Assembly: GCA_054600435.1 (NCBI GenBank)
Contig: BAAIJX010000057.1
Location: 1-64,000 of the forward strand
Direction of reading: 5' to 3'
DNA: 64,000 nucleotides
From: Neophaeotheca triangularis
Lineage: Eukaryota
Shown here: positions 36,009 to 46,895 of the stretch, piece after piece
How positions within the stretch are numbered: position 1 is the first letter of the stretch
How the letters are laid out: the number at the start of each line of letters is the position of its first letter
Notes under the pieces: generated by a model
Told to the model about the DNA's origin: nothing
What the model saw: only the letters and a program-made list of their open reading frames with translations
The model's database searches: none
Position numbers and translations under genes: made by a program

Positions 36009-37289
36009 ATGACTAGCCCCATGGCTTCAGCCCTCACCCAAACCCTTCGCGAGAGGGCACTCTACGCGTACGGCTACACCCAAGGCAGATACTTTGACTT
36101 ACCTACCAGCCTGTCAGAGCTCTACGGCAAGACCGTCTCCAAGCTGACCAGCGGCTTGGCCCTCCCATTACCCTTGTTGTCATTCCTCGCCTTGCCCTTC
36201 TTCGGAGGCTCCGCAACCAGCATCAATCTCGTCTTCTTCTATCTCACCTGGAGCGCAATTATCGTCAGCCATGACCCTCTGCACGTCGAAATTTACGGAA
36301 CTTTGCTGGTACGAGGCATCTGCTTCCTCCTGCCAGCTCTAGGCTTCCTAGCCTTCGATTGCGCCATCCCAAGCCTCAGCTCCAGTATCAAAGCCCGCGG
36401 CGACGCCCACCTCCCACAGCGCCTACACCGGCAAAAACTCCTCAAAGTCATCGTAGTAGCCACCTTCAACACCCTCCTAGCCGTTGCCCTCCAAGCGGCC
36501 CTAGAATACCTCGCGACCACCATCCTCCACACCCGCAGCATCCTCAAAGTCACCACCGCCGTGCCCCTCCCCTGGAACATCGCCAAACACCTCGTCTACG
36601 GCCTGCTCTGCCGCGGCCTCCTCCACTACCCCATCCACCGCTTCATCCTGCACCAAAACCCCTCCCCCTTCCGCACCTGGCACCAGCAATGGCAACACTC
36701 CCTGCGCCTCCCCTTCAGCCTCGCAGCCGCCTACGACCACCCCCTCAACCACCTCCTCGCCACCTTTCTGCCCCTCTACCTCCCCGCCGCCCTCTTCCGC
36801 TTCCACGTCCTGACCTACCACCTCCTCCTCGCAATCACCAGTCTCGAAGACCTCTTCCTCTACTCCGGCTACGCCGTGCTGCCCTCCAGCATCGTGGTCG
36901 CGGGCATGGCGCGACGCACTGACGGGCATTTCGCCACGTCGGCGTCTTCCAAGGCGGACGCGGGAAATTTCGGGCATTGGGGGGTTCTGGATTTTGTTTG
37001 CGGGACTGGTTGTCCGGGCGAGGCTGGGCAGGATGTTGTCGAGGATGTGAAGGAGGAGGGGAGGAAGCATGATGTCAAGGAGAGGGCTGGGGATGCCATT
37101 GATGGGGCTGTGGATGGGTTGAGGGGGTGGAGTGTTGACGAGGATGAGGATGCTGATGATGGAGAGGAAGACGTAGGTGTCGAGGGTGGGGAGGATGGCG
37201 AGGATGGTGATTTTGAGCCCGAAGAGGTGCAGGAGAAGCAGCCAACGCCCGGCAAGAGGAGGAGCAAGCGCGGGAAAGGAAAGAAGTGA
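36009..37289 (+). CDS. Fatty acid hydroxylase/sterol desaturase superfamily membrane protein
   Basis: Several TM segments; HYPIHRFILH, WHQQWQH, AAYDHPL, SGY, GNFGHWGVLDFVCGT; acidic/basic tail. Confidence 0.85.
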   Translation: MTSPMASALTQTLRERALYAYGYTQGRYFDLPTSLSELYGKTVSKLTSGLALPLPLLSFLALPFFGGSATSINLVFFYLTWSAIIVSHDPLHVEIYGTLLVRGICFLLPALGFLAFDCAIPSLSSSIKARGDAHLPQRLHRQKLLKVIVVATFNTLLAVALQAALEYLATTILHTRSILKVTTAVPLPWNIAKHLVYGLLCRGLLHYPIHRFILHQNPSPFRTWHQQWQHSLRLPFSLAAAYDHPLNHLLATFLPLYLPAALFRFHVLTYHLLLAITSLEDLFLYSGYAVLPSSIVVAGMARRTDGHFATSASSKADAGNFGHWGVLDFVCGTGCPGEAGQDVVEDVKEEGRKHDVKERAGDAIDGAVDGLRGWSVDEDEDADDGEEDVGVEGGEDGEDGDFEPEEVQEKQPTPGKRRSKRGKGKK

Positions 37290-37502
37290 TTCGTTTGGAA
37301 AGTCGTGATGAGTTCGCAGACGGGAGGATCTAATGCATGGCGACGAATCTGTGGGATGAGATACCCTCCATGTAGTGTTTTTGCTGTTCTGATGCTCGTT
37401 CGAGCTAGGTATACACTAGTATACACAACAAAGAGCATGTTGCTCACAGTGTCTCGCCTTCTCAGCCAGCGGACAGCAACCATAACCTCTTGAGACCTTC
37501 AT

Positions 37503-38970
37503 CTATTTCTTCTCCTCCTCCTTGACAGTAGCAGCGACACCCTCAACAAACCCCTCAACAGCGGCACCGCCTCCTAACGGCATAACGCCACCCCTCACCA
37601 TCCCGCCATTCGGCACTTTCAACTTCAGCGCCTCCCCAATCATGGGCAGACCCCCGTCCCTGAGTGCGACCGTCAAACTTCCCAAGCTCTGATGCAGTTG
37701 CGGTGACCTGAGTACGCGCTCGAGAACGTTCTTCTTCTGGTCTTGCGAGAGAGCTTCAATGGCTGCCTGGTGAGCGGTGGGCGTGGGTGTAGTGCCTGCG
37801 ATGGTGGAGTCGGGTATTTGCTCCAAGACTAGGAGCTCGGCGGGGAGGAGGGAGCACAGGTTGTCCACGGTTGCTGGAGAGGCTGAGCGAATGAACGGGA
37901 TCGTTGTAGAGGACGGTAGGAGGTCAGGAAGGGTGGTGTATGGCTTGTCCATTTGAGATTGTTGTTGTTGCCGTTGTTCGCCGGTGCTGCCACTGCCCCC
38001 TTGGTTGAGAGAGTTGAGGAAGTTTTGGACAGCGGTGTCTGCGTCACTGTATGCGGCACAAAGTGTCAGCATGAGTGCTCTGAGTCTGAAATTGAATCCC
38101 GAGATATCGCTGCTATGCTAGGCTATGGTTTTAAAGCGCTAATGCGTTCCAGAATACGGTTCCGTTGAAATACAGGTTTGGCGAACGAGAACTCTTATAG
38201 GAGATGATACTCCCAAGCCGCAGAAACTCCTTTTACGCCTTTTTCACCCATTTCCCAGCTCATGCCCATCGAATACTGCTTTTTTGGCAGCTGGAGCAAC
38301 CCTCGAAAGAAATCATCTCATCGAGCGCCGAGATCTGATCTTGCTCCTTAAGAAATGAAAAGGTCCCAACTTACGATGCACCACCACCAGCTCCGCTTCC
38401 TCTGCTCGCCTCACCCGCACCACTCGCGCCACCACCAGCACCCGTACTACGACCCTCAGGCTCATCATCATCCAAATCCATGAGATCATCCTCGCCAGCC
38501 GCACCGCCCGCACCGCCGTTGCCACCCCGTTTCATGTCGGCCACCTCGGCTTGCACGTCGATTTCCTCATCGCCTTGCAGAAGAGCATCGACAACCTGCC
38601 CACATCTCTGATCCCTTTGTGAGAACCAGCTTTCACTGCCGTCCTTATGCTGGCTCCTGCTTTGCATCCAGAAGTACCGCTTCTCGCCCGAGCTGGAAAA
38701 CTTGAGCCTGTAAATGCGGCCGTTTGTTGGTGAGTGGAGATCCTCGGCTCCCTGCTCTTTGAGGACTGGTGAGAAAGTTCCATCGCCGGGGAACATGAGG
38801 AGGTCGATCTCGGGTTCGGTAGATGGTGCAGAGCGTGGGCGCCAGCAGAAATGGAGGAGGCCATCGTCGTTGAAGAGGTAGAGGTAGCCCGGGGTTGGGA
38901 TCGGCTTGATCTTGTTGCCTACTTTATCGCACTGGCCGGCTTTGAAGGTGATGAGAGGGGTTTCGGCCAT
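37503..38970 (-). CDS. RPN13: Proteasome ubiquitin receptor Rpn13/ADRM1 (Pru domain plus UCH-binding C-terminal domain); intron 38047-38374
   Basis: ITFKAG, LHFCWRPR, TNGRIYRLKFSSS..YFWMQ in exon 1; VLRSPQLHQSLGSLTVALRDGGL in exon 2; splicing restores the frame. Confidence 0.92.
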
Positions 38971-39376
38971 TTTGTGGTTGCTTCGAGTCGATGGGGTGGG
39001 TGAGAGAAGTTTGTTAGACGGTCAAAAGCTCTTAAACGCGTTGATGGGTGAGGTGTTTCCAAGGTGATGCTTGAGGCGAGAGCTTCCAGCAACAAGTGAC
39101 GTTGAAGGCAGGTCGTCCGAGCGTTTGGTCAGTCATGGTTCCTGCCTGACTTTACAGGCACCACACCTTACGCCAAGCCCATCGGCTTCAAGCCGCACCC
39201 TCACCCGCACTTCTCGAAATCCACCAAAAGTGGAAGTGTTGCGACTTGCGCCAGCGACATCACCTCAACTAACCCGGACAGATCATACCCCAAAACAACG
39301 TCGGTACGCCAATCGATTACATTTGTGCATATTCAGGACACCAAACTCTGACACTGAACCCAAAAGGTCGCCCAAG

Positions 39377-40108
39377 ATGTCCGCCAAAGCAGAGGGCCAG
39401 CAGACGAAGAAGTTCCAGAAGGGCGAGAGGGTCATCCCAGCCGCTGGCGACAAGGCCCTGAAGTACTACCCTGCCGAGGATGAGGCCCAGCCCAAGAAGG
39501 TACGCTACACTTGTGACGGGGAGGGTCGATTGAAGGCGCTGTGAGGGACAGATGGCGATTGATGGGGGCCACGAGGAGGCAAGCAGGAAACAACATACTA
39601 ACTCAAGTTACTCCTTCAGGCCCGCAAGACCCAGCGCCCCTACAAGCCTCGCGCATCTCTCCAGCCTGGTACCGTCCTGATCCTCCTCGCCGGCCGCTAC
39701 CGTGGCAAGCGTGTGGTCCTCCTCAAGACCCTCCCCCAGGGCGTCCTCCTCGTTACCGGCCCCTTCAAGATCAACGGTGTTCCCCTCCGCAGAGTCAACG
39801 CCCGCTACGTCATCGCCACATCCACCAAGGTCGACCTTTCCGGCATTGATGGCTCCGCGGTAGAGAAGGCTTCTTCGGATGAGTTCTTCGCTCGTGACAG
39901 GAGCGCTGAGAAGAAGGGTGAGGAGGCCTTCTTCAAGCAGGGTGAGAAGCCGGAGAAGAAGCAGATCAGCTCCGAGAGGGCGCAGGGACAGAAGAGCGTG
40001 GACAAGGCCCTGTTGGCCAACGTCAAGAAGGAGCCTTTCTTGATGAGCTACCTGGCAAGCAACTTCAGCTTGAGGAAGGGCCAGAAGCCTCACGAGATGG
40101 TCTTTTAG
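39377..40108 (+). CDS. RPL6: 60S ribosomal protein L6 (eL6); intron 39500-39619; probable 5'UTR intron 39304-39366
   Basis: [56 protein letters not shown]. Confidence 0.97.
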
Positions 40109-40994
40109 ATTATGCGTGTTGAGCGAGACATGAGATGCACTTCTCTTGCCGGGCGTTTTGCTGCATGCGGGAGGTAGACATGGCGATGCTCTTCATCTCA
40201 AAAAGATAGCCAAATTCAAGAAAGCCCATCGAAACTCGCAGTACGATTGATTGCACATCACCAAATATCACGATCGAGGTCTTCATTCGACGATGGTGCT
40301 TCATGGCTTGGTGTAGCCTTGAAGCCACTCTGTTCTACGGGTGGCACGACGAAGTAGTTCCACGCTCGAATGGACATTGAATTTGTGAGACGACTTTGAT
40401 GCAGGCTCTCCTGTTGATTTACAAGCTAAATTGTACAGTATCATACACTATATCTCGCCTGCATGTCTCTCGCAGTAGCGAACCCCCCCCTCCCCGTTTC
40501 TCATCTCTTTAGTCCGCACGTTGCCCTTGATGACCCTCCAGAAGCATTTCACTTCACTTGAGACGCTTGCCTTTCACCCCACCCTCACGCTCTCCTGGAG
40601 CCGGTGGCGGAAGCTCCAAGCGGCCCTCCATAAGCGTCTTGGTGATGTTTACGTCTGCCGTCTGTACGTGATACTCGAACACAATGAGCCGTTCCAAACA
40701 GCCGGCAAAAGTGCAAGTCCGGGTCTGTTGTAAACTTTGCTGGAACCCTGTCTCCTTTCGAGCGGCGAGGTACCGAGGACTTAAGGACGAGACGGCGTTC
40801 CTGGGGCGTGAAGGGCTGCACCTGGGTCGGACTTCTACTTCTGCATTCAAATAGCGTCGTGTCGGTTGTGAACGCATGGTGCGGTAGCGATCCAGCGCGC
40901 CGTGACAAAACCACGCGTTCCGTTGCCAGTCTAGGGGTCATCTCCAACGCGCATTGCCCCAGTCATCACATGTTATACACCCCAAAACCCTCTC

Positions 40995-41444
40995 TCAAGG
41001 CGTCTCATCCCTCCCATCCCTTCCCCGCCTCCTATCCAAATCCTTCACCACAACCTCCGTCGGCTGCCTACCCTCATGCTCCTGCCTCCTAAACCCCAGA
41101 ACCTGACCCACCAGCCCCCCAGGCTTGGGAACAGGGCACTCCCTCTTCTTCAAATCACTCTCACTCAACACGACCTCTTCGGAAGGGATTTCGGATCCCG
41201 TGCCAAACCCAGCGCCATTCTGTTCGCAGATCGGAGACTCCTCTGGTAGCGGTTGCGGCTGCTTGCGCCGTCGTCGCTTGATCGGGGTGCCGTTTCCATC
41301 CACGATGGTGTCTGCGAATTGTCGGCGGTCGACTGGGCATGAGGGGAGGAAGTGCGGGGCTGCTACTACTAGGAAGGAGATTGCGAGCGTGCTGGTGAAG
41401 AGAGTGCCCGTTGCTCGTGATCGGGGATGTAGGTGTGGCGGCAT
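40995..41444 (-). CDS. Small mitochondrial Coa2-like cytochrome c oxidase assembly protein (conserved ascomycete family)
   Basis: MPPHLHPRSR..LFTSTLAISFLVVAAPHFLPSCP and ECPVPKPGGLVGQVLGF. Confidence 0.65.
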   Translation of the reverse strand: MPPHLHPRSRATGTLFTSTLAISFLVVAAPHFLPSCPVDRRQFADTIVDGNGTPIKRRRRKQPQPLPEESPICEQNGAGFGTGSEIPSEEVVLSESDLKKRECPVPKPGGLVGQVLGFRRQEHEGRQPTEVVVKDLDRRRGRDGRDETP

Positions 41445-42032
41445 GCTGGGATGAATGGATGGGCTCGGTTATTGCAGCATGTCCGGAGGGTTTGGGTTCG
41501 CGGTTATGTAGGAGCGATTGGCGGTATGGAAGTTTGATATTTGTCTACAGTGGTTTTTATCACGAATTCGAAGACGTCTCGAGTGGTTGCTGTTCGGTGG
41601 TTGTTCGGCTGTCAGCCTGATATGGACTAGTCTCGTTTCCTGCCAACATCACCTCGACGGCAATCATATACTTACTCCAAGACAAGAAATAATCAGCTTT
41701 GTCGCTCTTGGTTTGATGAGAGATCGAGGCAATAAGAGCTAAGTGTAGGAAGATCGAGAAGTGTGGAGGTGCAGACACTGCAGAGACCTTGGGCATTTGT
41801 GTAGACAGAGCCAAGCTTGCTTTCTGAACCTCGGTGCAATGCTGACCATTAGGTTTGCTGTTTACATGACCTCGAGACAGAGGATAATATCAAGTTTCCG
41901 GCATCATTTGACGCGCAACGTATGATCACTGTGGTAGCAACCGAAGCAACAAGTCCTGTTGTTGGTCCCACAGAACTTCCGGAATAGACTCTGTCAACAG
42001 CTCGCCGATCGGACGTACACTTCTCTGCCAGG

Positions 42033-42493
42033 ATGTCACACCTCCAATACTCTCGCTATGAAGGCTACGGCGAAGAGGCACAACGCAAATACTGGTATAA
42101 CCAAGCAGTGCGCGTAGGAGACCGAATCGAAGCCGCTGGTCAAGGTTGAGAATCCCACCCACAACCTCAACAACTCCTCTTCCTGACAGATGTACAGGCG
42201 GCTGGGATCCCAAGACATCGCAGATCCACGCCGACATCGCCGAAGAGATCTCTCAGGCTTTTGCAAATGTTGATCTCACTTTGAAGACTGCTGGTGGCAA
42301 AGGCTGGGATCAGGTCTTTCGCGTCAACACTTACCATACTGGCGACGATGAGAGGACTGTTCAGCTCTTGGTGGAGAATTTGAAAAAGTGGATGCCTGGC
42401 CATCAGCCTATTTGGACTTGTATCGGTGTTAGAGCGCTTGCGGTTCCGGATATGAGGGTCGAGGTCGAGGTTGTTGCTCACGTTCCACAGTAG
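42033..42493 (+). CDS. YjgF/YER057c/UK114 (Rid) family protein; intron 42145-42197
   Basis: YNQAVRVGDRIEAAGQGG, QAFANV, PIWTCIGVRAL..MRVEVEVVA. Confidence 0.9.
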
Positions 42494-43495
42494 TGGATGT
42501 CGATGTAAGACTCAGACGAATAGAGTGTTCATGATTGCCCTCTCACTTTTGCAGGTATAGCATCCTGTTTGTTGTCCCAGCGATGTAGCATGGGGTTTGT
42601 GTTGCCGCATGCCTCCCTAACTGGATGATACAGTCAGTACTGGACATGGCTGGGGGAGGCTACGACAGAAAGGAGAGGCAGGTAGTCCAATGTTTTCGAA
42701 TCGAACCCCAACACCAACCCTGCTCGATCGAGTAACAAACACGACCGCTGACCGCTATAGCCGATGAGGGCTGGGCGTCGTTGGAACGTTCGGCGGCGCT
42801 GGCTCTTGCCGTGCCGTTGCAACGGGCCAACACGCTGCGCTGCGCACGTGCACAAAAATCAAAGTGGCGGTTGGTTTGTTTTGTCGATCGCAAAAAACAA
42901 CACCACCACCTACCCGACTCTCTTTTTGCCTGGAATCCTCTTTTCAACCTACCTTATACAACAGAGACGCGCGGTTGGTCATACACTCTGTTTGCTGCGA
43001 AACCGTACATACTAGTACACGCTGCCGACCAACAACTGCCTGAGTCCTCACGGTAGTAGGAGGTAGCGCCGTGCCCCCTCCTGCAGGCTGCACTGCAGGC
43101 ATCGAAAGAAAGCAGAAAGCACCCCACATCGCTTTGCGCCTGCGAGACCAGAAGCTACAGCCAGCCAACAAACAACACACCCGACTACTACACTACTCAG
43201 CTAGTACCTGAATCTCTTACTCACTACTACCACCTCCACTAGCCCTCACACACACGGCCATTTCTCGCATCGCGCGCCTCGATCCAGCCAAACACTCTTA
43301 GGGGCTCCGCTTCCTGCTGCATATTATACGACTACATTCTCCCTCGGCTTGCTGTCACCATCTTCCATCTTTTCCATCCTGCCGAGCTTGTCCGTCGACC
43401 TCTCCGCCTTGCGCACTCCCATCTGCCACATCACGCTTCATCAGGCTAGACCTAATCAGCCAGTACCAGCAGGGCGCAACGCGACAAATATCAAA

Positions 43496-44044
43496 ATGGC
43501 GCTCGACATTGACTACACCCGCCGCAACAAGAAGCCTCGCCTACTCTCCGACAACGAGAGAGACAAGCTGGACGAGTTTGTTGATTCCATTCACTACTCT
43601 TCGCGGTAAGCATGGCGCCTCTTTGAATTCAAAGACCGAACATAGTGAAAGAGGACCTTGCTGACCCGATCTGTTTTCGCAGCTACGATGACGGCACCTT
43701 CGAATACCGCCACGTGCAGCTGCCCAAGGCCATGCTCAAAGCGATACCAAAAGACTACTTTGATGGCTCGAGGGGAACACTGAAGCTACTTTGGGAGGAT
43801 GAATGGAGAGGCTTGGGCATCACACAGGTAGGATCAAATAATCCAGTAGCTGTATCGTCACAACAAGCTGACACACCAACAGAGTCTGGGTTGGGAACAC
43901 TACGAAGTGCACGAGCCGGAGCCGCACATCCTGCTGTTCAAGTGAGTATTCCATTGCAGCCACTCCACCACATCACTGCTAACGAATGCTACAGACGTGC
44001 TCTATAGGAGACCATGCAAGTACATGGCGCCTGCGCAGCACTAA
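43496..44044 (+). CDS. CKS1: Cyclin-dependent kinase regulatory subunit Cks1/Suc1; introns 43606-43682, 43828-43882, 43942-44007 (alternative acceptor 43994)
   Basis: [51 protein letters not shown]. Confidence 0.95.
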
Positions 44045-44608
44045 AAATCGACAACAACCGACTCCTCTTGGCTGTATCGCCTTCGCAAGCGGTTGCAACA
44101 ACGAAACGAAACGAAAAACGAAATACACGTACACCTCTCAACTCTTGATTTACATCTTGGAAGACCGAGACCGCGCGGGACTTCGTGCGCCAATGACTGC
44201 ACGGACGGAGGAGGTGTGGCAGTTGAAGCACGTGGAACCTTGCTAAGGAATTAGCCTTTGGTCTTCGTGGATGAAAATTGCGAGCTCGCTCCGCATTTGA
44301 TGGCATTGGGATGGCGGTCGCAGAACTCTAAGGAGGGAAGCGCAACGATGGAGCGGAAGCTCACGACTTAACGTGGTGTCTATGATAACTTCTGGGCAAC
44401 ACATGGCCGATGAGGCGTCAAAACTATTGTAGCGGTCTGTGCATACAACGGAGAGGAGAGAATGCGAGCGAGCTTGAGCACGTATGCGAGTAATCAGATG
44501 ATTGAAGAGAAGAAGCTACAAGTTGAAGTGTGGTATCGCATGCCCAAACGCCGCCGTGACATCTATCCAGAACACCAATGCACCGAAGATAGTGAAAGCC
44601 GCCTCTTC

Positions 44609-45918
44609 TCAATCGTCCTGATCCACCTTCTCCCAAGTCAAACTACCTTGACTAGATCTGAGCGTCTCCTCTCCGCTGCTTTCTCTTACCTCATCAACCT
44701 TGCCCTTCCGTCTACTCGCACCCATCATCCACCCCACAACCCCACCCGGCACCCATCTTCCAATAACATCATACGCCAGACTACCCCTACCCACATACCA
44801 AGTCCCCTTTGGCTTCTTCGCTACGAGCGCATCAAAAACAGCATCATGCAGCTTCCTAACTGGCGTCGCCCTCGTCCTACCCACCGCCTGCCCCTCCCTC
44901 TTCTGCCTCGCAGTCACAGCCGGAATATCAATATGCCCCAATTTAAAATGCGCCATTCCGACACCCGAATCCCTCAACTCCGCCGCCAACGAGTGCGCGA
45001 ACCCCTGCAGAGCCCCGTACACAGTGTTCTCCACGCCGTGGCCGGGCAAGCGCAGACTCGGCGTGATGCTCGGCGTCAGCATCAGCAGCCTGGCCTGGTG
45101 CTCCACGACGGATGGCAGCAGCAACTGCGTGGTCGCAATGGTGTTCAGTACTTTTGCGTTCAGCGCGTCACTCCATTCCTCGCTGCTGATGTCCTCGATG
45201 CCCGCGGCCGGCGTCGCAGCAGTGTCAGGTGCGAGCACCAGGCCCACCAGCCGAAGCCTGTGCGACTCGGCGCCCTCGAACGCCCAGTGCGGTCGCCCCA
45301 GTAGGTTCGCGAACTGCGATAATTGTTCTCTTGCCGTAAAAGGGTCGGTGAGGTCGAGACGCAAGGGCAGCACGTCGGCGCGCTGCTGGGACCGGATGTA
45401 GTGCTCGTCCTCGGCAGTGCTGGCTACCACGTACACAATGAAACCTCTGCGTTCGAGGTCCAGACTCAGCGCGCTGGTGACAGGCGAAGCGGCAGCGCTG
45501 CCAGCGAGGATAACGACATCTGTACGGGCGCCGCTCGGGCTGCGGCGGGCGCGGCGCTTTTTGGGTTTGTTGTTGCGGATGTAGATGAAAGTGCCTATGG
45601 AGCCTGTCGTGACGAAGGCGAGAATTGCTGCCGTCAGGGCGCGGTGACTGGAGATCCAGTTTTGGACCAGTTGGAACGTTGTCGGGGGTGGCAGTCGGCG
45701 GGGTTTCGGGGGTTGGCGGGCGAAGGTGGAATCGGAGGGGATCCAGTCGCGGAGCTGGAGTGCTACTTGCTCGAAATGGCGCTCGACGTCGTTGGCGATG
45801 TCGTTGAACTGGGTTCGAGCCTGGAGAGGGTCATATTGTTAGTATGGTCGAAACGAGGGGTGATTGATTGCCGCGAGCCGGTACATACGTAATCGAAGAG
45901 CTGCTGAGCGTCCGTCAT
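44609..45918 (-). CDS. DUF1776/Ysc83-like SDR-fold protein; intron 45821-45888
   Basis: Spliced start MTDAQQLFDYARTQFNDIANDVERHFE; RRARRSPSGARTDVVILAG, LDLERRGFIVY, YVGRGSLAYD. Confidence 0.8.
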
Positions 45919-46412
45919 ATTGCTTCCGGCAAATGAAGCACAGTGAAGACGCTACGCGAGAGTGCGTTATTGGGGAAAACGTGTCTTGTTTGTACTGCGA
46001 GAGAGAGTCGTGGCGAGGTGAAAGCAAGACCAAGACGCCGGGATGGTGACGACCAAGTCGTCAGGTCGTCCTCAACTCGAGAGTTGCGGGGGTGACGTCG
46101 CGGCAAGCGTCCCAATCTGGCTAGGACAAGTTCGGCTGGTCCCAGAGCAGCCTTGGGAATACTTAATGTTAAGTGCGCGTCTGAACGCGTCCCGAAAACG
46201 ATGCGTTCAATTAATTCGGTGCTGACTGGCTGGCTGTATCTCTGTGCAGAGGTATTATCTTCACATATTGACAAGTCTGTGCTGTATCTCTAGCGGCTCC
46301 CAATTTTCAATCAAATCCTGACTTCCTCGAAAGCGTCGCCACTCAACTCCGTGATTATTACAGATATCTGTTCAACCCCCTGCCCATCAAACGGACCATC
46401 ACATCCTTCCCC

Positions 46413-46895
46413 ATGCTTGCTGGCAACCACAAGAGCCCGCCTCGCCAGGAGCCCACCAATCTGACATTGGGACAACGACGCGAGTGGAACCGTGGGCCAA
46501 TCTTTGACATCTTCCCCTGTATCCCTCCAAGTGCTCTCGAACGCGTGCTAGACCTCTGTATCGACAAAGGCTTCACTTATGACCTCTCGGAATCCAAGTT
46601 TTACAACGCCCGGCGCTATACCAGCATCATTGTCGCCCACGTTCGGCATCAGTATAGCGACTACGACAGATTGCTGCAAGAGGAGCGGCTGGCGCGCTAT
46701 GATGCTCGCGCTGCGACTGCCGAGACGGTCTGGAAAGTGCTGCGGCAATGGTGCCCTTGGGATGAGTCCAACGAGGCCTTGAAGCGTTGCTACCACGCCA
46801 GCGTGGTGCTGCCAGAGCATCGCGGCAATGCATGGGATCCAATGGATATCGATGAAGATTCCGATGACGGGGGCGACCCTATGGATCTCGATTGA
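46413..46895 (+). CDS. DUF2293 domain protein
   Basis: FPCIP, AHVRHQYSDYDRLL..RYDAR..VLRQW pattern. Confidence 0.75.
   Translation: MLAGNHKSPPRQEPTNLTLGQRREWNRGPIFDIFPCIPPSALERVLDLCIDKGFTYDLSESKFYNARRYTSIIVAHVRHQYSDYDRLLQEERLARYDARAATAETVWKVLRQWCPWDESNEALKRCYHASVVLPEHRGNAWDPMDIDEDSDDGGDPMDLD

Noticed and set aside
36293..37483. Long antisense and alternate-frame ORFs over the desaturase gene, and similar ones over BOR1, KEX2, NAR1, DUF1776 and RPL6
   Set aside because: Shadow ORFs caused by strong C-ending codon bias in the real genes; no motifs.
4543..38374. RPB12 and RPN13 introns are both 328 nt
   Set aside because: No sequence similarity seen between them, so this is treated as coincidence rather than a shared mobile intron.
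39295..39379. ACG in strong context before the RPL6 5'UTR intron as a possible non-AUG start
   Set aside because: Out of frame with RPL6 after splicing.
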